DNA from: Macrostomum lignano
Taxonomy: Eukaryota
Assembly: GCA_002269645.1 (NCBI GenBank)
Contig: NIVC01000713.1
Location: forward strand, 1-64,000
Reading direction: 5' to 3'
Length of the DNA: 64,000 nt
Positions 57,437 through 64,000 of the stretch are shown piece after piece. The position numbers were made by a program, and so were the translations under genes. Within the stretch, counting starts at the first letter, position 1. The number at the start of each line of letters is the position of its first letter. Under the pieces are notes generated by a model. It searched no databases and was not told where the DNA came from. It was given only the letters and a program-made list of their open reading frames with translations.

Positions 57437-60400
57437 AGCCGTGTATTGAACTTGGGACCTCTGGGGTGGTCTGATAGAGACTGGCTGATAGCAGATTTTA
57501 ACAATGAAATCTTTTAGTATTTGATTTTGACATCAAAGAGTACAAACAAGTTTTTTAGAAAGAAAGCTTAACAAAAATATGCATTATTAAATAAATTATA
57601 ACAGATATTTTTTTAATAAAAATGAATCATTTTGAGGTTCAAATGCTCAAATATATATTTGTTCAATTTTCAAAGAAATGCGAACAATTTTGCCTTTTTC
57701 TATTTAAACAATATATCTCACTCTAATATTTTGGGCATTGTTTTACATAAGACAATAAGGTTTAGGCCTACCCACATAACCAAAGATCTCGTCATTGGTT
57801 TGCCTTACTAGCGATAACTTGCTTGGCAAAATTGCAGCAACATCATAGCAATTATATATGGTGATACACAGTTTTTTGAAGTAACATAAACATTAAACAA
57901 CATAGAATGTTTAGTCATTCTGAAGGTAACTAAAGAAATTTATGAACTTTCTATTGTTCTGCAGTCAAAGTTTTTTTAAACTCACAAAAATTTTTGGCAA
58001 TAATTATGGTGTAGCAATGGGAAAGCAAATAATTGATTTTGGAAATATATTTTTTATCTAGATCAATACATTAGTGGAAAATGTTTATTAAACATGAATT
58101 CCAATTCCAAACACCAAAGATTTATTAAAATTCAGAGGCACATATAACTTTGCTTTTCTTTTACTTCTTTTTCATATTTTCATTGCTATGCAATAATACA
58201 ACAATTGTTTGGTATAGATTTTAAAAGCAATTAAAAACCAAAAAAATGATGTACAATGTTGTTTTATTTTTATTTCAAACAATTTTATTATATCTATTCT
58301 TTTTACATTTAATTGTCAATTTAATAGGCCCTAGCTATTGCTATATTAAGTATTAGACCTATGTTTACTTATTTATAATAAGAAACATATAGACCAAGAC
58401 CCATTTTTATCTATACTAACCATTTAGAACTATGGCTATCTAAATATGTGGCCATTTGGTCATGCACCTTATGGTTTAAATGGTGGAATAAATGGTAGAA
58501 TAAATAGTAGAAAAATGGAAAAAAATGTGGAAAAATGGTAGAATAAATAATCAATAAAATTACAAGCGTTATCTGTTCACCATTTTTGTAGAAATGAGCT
58601 TTTTTAGAGCATCATAAAAACTGGAAATGTATCAAGGACATTCCTGGAACCAAAAAAGTTGTGTATCAGAGACATCCCACTTTCTATTGGATATATAATT
58701 TTGCTATGCAGGTAATGCACATAGCTGATCCCCTGCAAAAGCATGAAAAGCCTAAGTTCTAATGGTCAAATAGAATGCCTTTGTTAGCATCCAACTAGTC
58801 TCTAAATTTGACCCCCTAGAGAACATTTTATTCAAATTCAACTAGAAAAATAATTGGATTCCACTAGGCCCCCTATATGTGATGCGGGCTATTGATCAAA
58901 TCATCGCCTGTTAAAAAAAAGATAAAAACAAATTAACCCTATGTTTACTTTTTTGTGTATAAAGTATGCATATGAACATTAAATTTTAAAATGGCACCCT
59001 GAAATGAAAAATTGGGTGCAGTTTAAGTGTAGCCTCATATCTATTTTTCTGTTGAAGCCTTATTTGCATTGCCTTAAGAATAAAAAAGAGAAATTATAGT
59101 TTGAGCCTTATAATCACTGCAAAAATGAACATAGGATGCAATTTTGCACTTTATATACAATGTCTCTAGGGAAAAAGAAAACCCTAAAGTAACCTCTCAT
59201 ATACAAGTTCATGATGATTGCTCCACCTCCCACAATGTCAATAGGCCTAGACAAAAAATCTTGATGGGAGAATTTCCCTTCTTTGATTGAAGGGCATTTC
59301 TATTTATGACTATGGTTTAATCAGTGCAAACAACCAGTGAGTAAAGCAGAACTTGCTTTATGCCTATAATTTATTATCCTTAAAAATAAGAAAATGGCCA
59401 TTGTTATTTGTCTAGGCCTAGTGACTAGACAAATAGCCTATTTGCTATTTGTCTGGTTAAATTGCTAACACAAGTATATATTTGTTTCATGATGAATATT
59501 CTAGATTTTTAAGACCTTTTCTTGTATACTAGACCCTAATATTTTCTTGTATTTGTGTAAACAAAGCAGTGTATTCAATTCAGCACAATTTGGTAGGCCT
59601 ATATAAGACACATACTAGTATAACAACATAATAATCAAGATAAAAATAAGAAGTCTTTGAAGTCTGGGAATATTCACCTTATAGTTTCTATGAAATAGAT
59701 CTCATGAATGGTGTCATGAAAATTGGTTAAGTCGCTTTTTCTCTAATTGATTGCAAGCAAGCAAGCAAGCAAGATTTTCATTTTTAGTGTATAGGATGAA
59801 ATAGGCCTAGATAGGCCTATTTTAGCATTATCAATTTAACTGGACAAATAACAAAATGCCTATTTGTCTAGTATTAACCAGATAAATAGGAAAGCATTGT
59901 CATTATCCAATAATTGGACAAATAACCACATCACTATTCATCTAGTCACCAGACAAATAACAACTGCCTATGCCTAAGAAAATATAATAAAGTAGCTGCT
60001 AGCAGATACTTCTAAATTTCTACATTTTTGGCAGTTTGTGGTTGATTGTTTGGGATAAGTTGCATACTGGAAAGAAAATCTTGTGTGCTTTTGTGTATTG
60101 CATTATAAATTATACTTATTTGATACTTTTTATTTGCTGTAGGCTACCACAAGGAAAGGTGGTAGGCCCTAATATGGCGCAGGTGGACATCTGCAATGGC
60201 TTGGCAGTAATACTAATACTAAATACAGTAATAGGCCTGCGATCATTGGGTGAAGCTTTGGCAAATCCATTGGCGATATTGCCGCATTGTTGTAGCGAGG
60301 ATTTTAGTTACGTGGGTATATATCCCCTGTTGCCAAAATTAGAAACTTCAGTTAGGCCTAAGGTCCTATGACTAGGCCCCTAGCCAATATGCATACAATG

Positions 60401-60499
60401 GACAAATTCAAATTTGAATTACAAATAGCTTGTAATGCCACTTAAGAGCTAAGTTATCCACTGTTTTTTTGTTTTCACTGAGGTCCATAGTCAGGATCA

Positions 60500-60650
60500 T
60501 GGCACGCCTGCACCGGAACAAATCCTATCAAAAAGTTTGATTGCGCCATGCGCCAGAACGAATCCTAGGCCCTATCAAAAAAATTTGCTTGCGACATGCG
60601 CTGGAACTATTCCTAACAAAAAAATTTGCTTGCGCCGTGTACTGCAACAT
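60500..60650. repeat. ~45-bp unit repeated three times (..TCCTA..AAAAAA(T)TTG(A/C)TTGCG(C/A)C..)
   Basis: Three diverged direct copies. Confidence 0.7.
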
Positions 60651-61269
60651 GAAACTTTTTGAAAAAAACGCAAAAAACCAGTGTGTAATTAATTTTATGT
60701 TCGAAAAAAACACCAGTAAAGTGAGGTGAGGACAGAGAAAAGGTGAAGGTAGCTAGCGCGGTCGTTTGCGCGATTAGTAGTAGTAGTAAGAGAATTTGGC
60801 TCAGGCAATTAGCCTGTTTGGCCAATATATTATAGAGCTATGTATTTGGAATTTTCGAATATAGAAGTTTATAAAGACGATTTGACGACGATTTGCTGAG
60901 TTATTGTAAAAGATAAAGTATTTGAAAGCGCGCCAGAATTTTTACGGTATTTTTAGACGAAAAGTGACGACTAACAACTAACGAGTATAAATATTAATAC
61001 AAAAATGAGTACAAATTACGAGGTATAGCTTTAATTGCGAGATTACTTTGGTAAGCGAGTTTGTAAAAAAAAAAGATGTAGTATTTTTGAAAGCGCGTGA
61101 TATTTCAAAGCGTGAAAAACGAACATAAACAATACTTCGAAAGAATTTTACTTTTAACGAATAACGACGATTTAAATATAGGAAATTAAAAAAGACAGTA
61201 AATGAATAAACAACTGAAAAGCGGATTTGTTACACTGCTGATGTATCTGATTCAGTTTGTTTAACTGTT

Positions 61270-64000
61270 TTAGCTATTCATGACTTCATATATTTTAGCT
61301 ACACCAGTGAGCTCTTTTCTGACTCTTTTTTCATTTGTAGCATATCCTATCTTGTGTATTTGATTGCTATTTAAGAGGTATTGACAGAAGTATTTTTTCC
61401 TGATCTCTTCAGTTTGTGGACATTCGGTCAAGTAGTGTAGAATGTCAGAACCATTTCGCGCTCCACACATTTTACATGGTTCTTGAGAAAAAAAGTTGGG
61501 TGTAATCTCGCATTTCAGTTTTAGGAGGGTTGTTAAGAATTTTTTGTTTCTAAATGTACATGGAAAGAAATCTGAAAGGTCGGGCCTGCAGATTTTTTTG
61601 TAGAGATAGGCGTTTTTGTAGAGTTTAATATGTTGCTGATTCTCTAGCTTTTGGCTAAGTTCTCTTTCTCTGTGTATCTTGAGGTGCTTTTTCACTAGGT
61701 ATTTCTCGTTATTAAAGCTTTGGGAAAGTTTATCTTCAGTTAGTGCTTTTAGGTCTATACTTTCTAGTTTCTTTAGTACATTCATTTTCCATGGATTTTT
61801 TTGGCCGGTGTTTGAGTAGAAAATTTCTAGAGTCGTTTGGCAGAGTTTTTTGTGTCTAATCTTCAGCCAGTAGATGAGGTAGGTTTTAGCGATTCGTTGA
61901 GAGATTGGAGTAAGCTCAAGTTCTGATGATACCACACTGTTGCTAGCAAATTTTGGTAGATTGAGGAGATATTTGTAGAATTTCAGCTGAATATTATCAA
62001 TAGCTTTTGTATCAGACATGGTAGCCAGAGGGCCCCAGAGCTCACAACCGTAAGTGATAACGGGGGTAACAAGCGCGTCAAATAGTCTGCGAATGAGTGT
62101 GATGTCTAGGGACGTATTCTTTACCCTATGGAGTAGGGAAAACATGGCTGTATATCCCTGCTTAGTTTGGTGTTCAATACATTTTTTAAAGCTGTTTTTT
62201 GGTTCAAAAATAATTCCCAGGTATTTAAATTCATTTACTTCCTCTATTTCTTGGTTGTCGTAGTATATTTTTGTAGCAATGCTTTCTGTGTCGTTTTTTT
62301 GTCTGGTATTGCCCTGCATGAACTTTGTTTTGCTTGCGTTTACTTTCAAGTAATTTTGTTTGCAGTAATTTTCCATAGTCGTAAATGTGTCTTGAAGTTC
62401 GTCTTTGTTTTTAGCTAGAATGGCTTGATCGTCTGCAAAGAGTAGGATGAGTGGGAAAGCAGATCTCGTAAGAGAGCGCCTAGCGCTAGAGAGTTCAAGA
62501 TATTCAACAATGTCGTCAATATATAGTTCAAAAAGGATGGTAGAGAGAGGGTTGCCTTGAAGAACACCTTTAGATATTGGGATTGGCTGGGTTTCATCAT
62601 CATCATCATCATTTTTTAGAATGAAGCAGGCATTTTTATGCATGTTCTTGATAAGTTCCGTCATTTGACCTTTAATACCCTGGTTATCCGTTTTGTGCCA
62701 AAGGGTTGGTTGATTTAAGCTATCGAAGGCTTTTTCATAGTCAACAAATCCAATAAAGAGTTCTTCTTTGTTGTAGATGGATTGGTTTATAATGTTGTAA
62801 AGATTAAAACATTGGTCAATTGTGCTGTGATTGGGCTTGAAACCGTATTGGTATTTTGATATAAGATTGTTTGCGTATGCTAGGTTTTCGAGTCTGGATT
62901 TAATAATTTGGCAAAAGAGCTTGCCAAGAATTGGTTGAATGCAGATTCCTCTGTAATTGTTGGGGTCGGCACTGCTGCCTTTGTTTTTATAAATCGGATG
63001 AAGTGTATTTGTTATCCAACTAGTTGGGAAGGTTCCTTGTTTGAGTGCTTCGTTGAAAAGTGAGCATAGGAGGTCAGCAAGTTCGTTCTCGAGGTATTTG
63101 AGTGTTTCTACATATACTTTATCGTGCCCAGGTGCTTTGTCGGTTTTGAGCTTTTTAATATGTTTTATAACTTCTTCTTTGGTGAATGGGGCATTGAAAT
63201 CCTCTAAATCAGCCAGAATAGGGTTGTCAAGGTGAAGATTGTATGATAGTCTAATGCTGCTGTCTTGTTCAGTTACAAGATTTTGAAAGTGTATGATAAA
63301 TTTTTCATCAATTGTTACTCTGTTGTTTGAGGGATTTGGTGTTTTTAATAAGTTCCAAAGTTGTTTTGTATCGTTTTGAATAAAGGCTTGGTTGATCATG
63401 TTGTCTGCACAGAGAGTTGTTTCAAATTTCCATGAAGTGAGCTTTTTTTCGTATGCTTTTTTGAGTTGTACTTTGCTTGAGAGGTTGTTGGGAGTAGGGA
63501 AGGTTTTATATCTTCTGCAGGCATGTCTAGCAGCGTTTCTTATATCTTTAAGGAAGCGAGGCAGTGTTGAGCATAGTGGGTTCTTTATCTCTACTGTGAT
63601 GTTGTTTTGAATTTGTCTAACTTTTCTACTTAATTCATTTATAAAAGCTGGGTTTTGTATGTCTAGATTTGTGATTTTGTCATTCATGTTTTTCAGGTCA
63701 TTTGCGAAGTTATTGATATGTTTTTCTTGTTGCAGGTTGGGTTTATGTGACTTTTTTAGGACTCTATATCTCGTTTTCGAGTTATTGGTTGCTTGTTTAG
63801 TTTCTGTGATTTCCTCTGTGAATTCACTTGATAGGGAGAGCACTATTTGGTTGTGGTCGCTAAAGTAGGTGTGGTTCTTTACTTTAAAGTCTTCGAGGTG
63901 TTGGAGTAAGCTGGTAGAGACGAAACAGAGATCTATAACAGAGGAACCAGATTTTGAGAGAAAGGTGAATTCACCATTTGTGTCTGATAATGATCTACCA
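61270..64000 (-). mobile_element. AT-rich non-LTR retrotransposon ORF2 (APE + RT + C-terminal Cys/His motif), RTE-X/L2-like; open to the right edge
   Basis: Frame is open from 64000 (GRSLSDTNGEFTFLSKSGSSVIDLCFVS...FSDH, the APE C-terminus) through KAPGHDKV, NYRGICIQPILGKLF, QYGFKPNHSTIDQ, FVDYEKAFDSL, GVLQGNPLSTILF, LFADD, FKYLG and CKMCG...DILHYLTECP to the stop at 61270. No frameshifts. Confidence 0.92.

Overview
Eukaryotic (invertebrate metazoan) genomic DNA with spliceosomal GT-AG introns. The GC-rich exons and introns packed with mini/microsatellites resemble the flatworm Macrostomum lignano, but that assignment is an inference, not a database result. I rebuilt eight host genes by hand, checking splice phases. 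They are: a secreted multi-CUB protein (-, runs off the left edge, several 1-nt frameshifts); a 7-exon orphan single-pass membrane protein (-); a 3-exon protein that appears to be a death domain alone (+); FBXO21 (-); a DUF1647-family type II membrane protein (-); an SLC25A45/A48/A29-like mitochondrial carrier (+); a PAN-like plus fibrinogen-domain protein (-); and the cohesin loader MAU2 (-). Mobile elements: a 5'-truncated R1/LOA-type LINE (APE-RT-RNaseH) and an internally deleted copy of its 3' end; a very young Ty3/gypsy element (identical 241-bp LTRs, GGAAT TSD); an AT-rich APE-RT LINE with an uninterrupted ORF at the right edge; a tRNA-headed CORE-type SINE; a Mutator-like foldback MITE (9-bp TSD); an ISL2EU/Harbinger-like MITE (AT TSD); and a possible mariner-like MITE. 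About 25 distinct tandem arrays occur, usually a different one per intron. Most long ORFs in the supplied track are artefacts of these arrays. Top observations: (1) a 1.1-kb intron whose sense strand has only one internal adenine, in a perfect CTGAC branch-point context at -51; (2) two compact genes the ORF track shows only in fragments, with signalling-adaptor features; (3) both retroelements with visible junctions sit inside minisatellites, right after GGGGAAT; (4) a cluster of TAGGCCTA palindromes upstream of MAU2.
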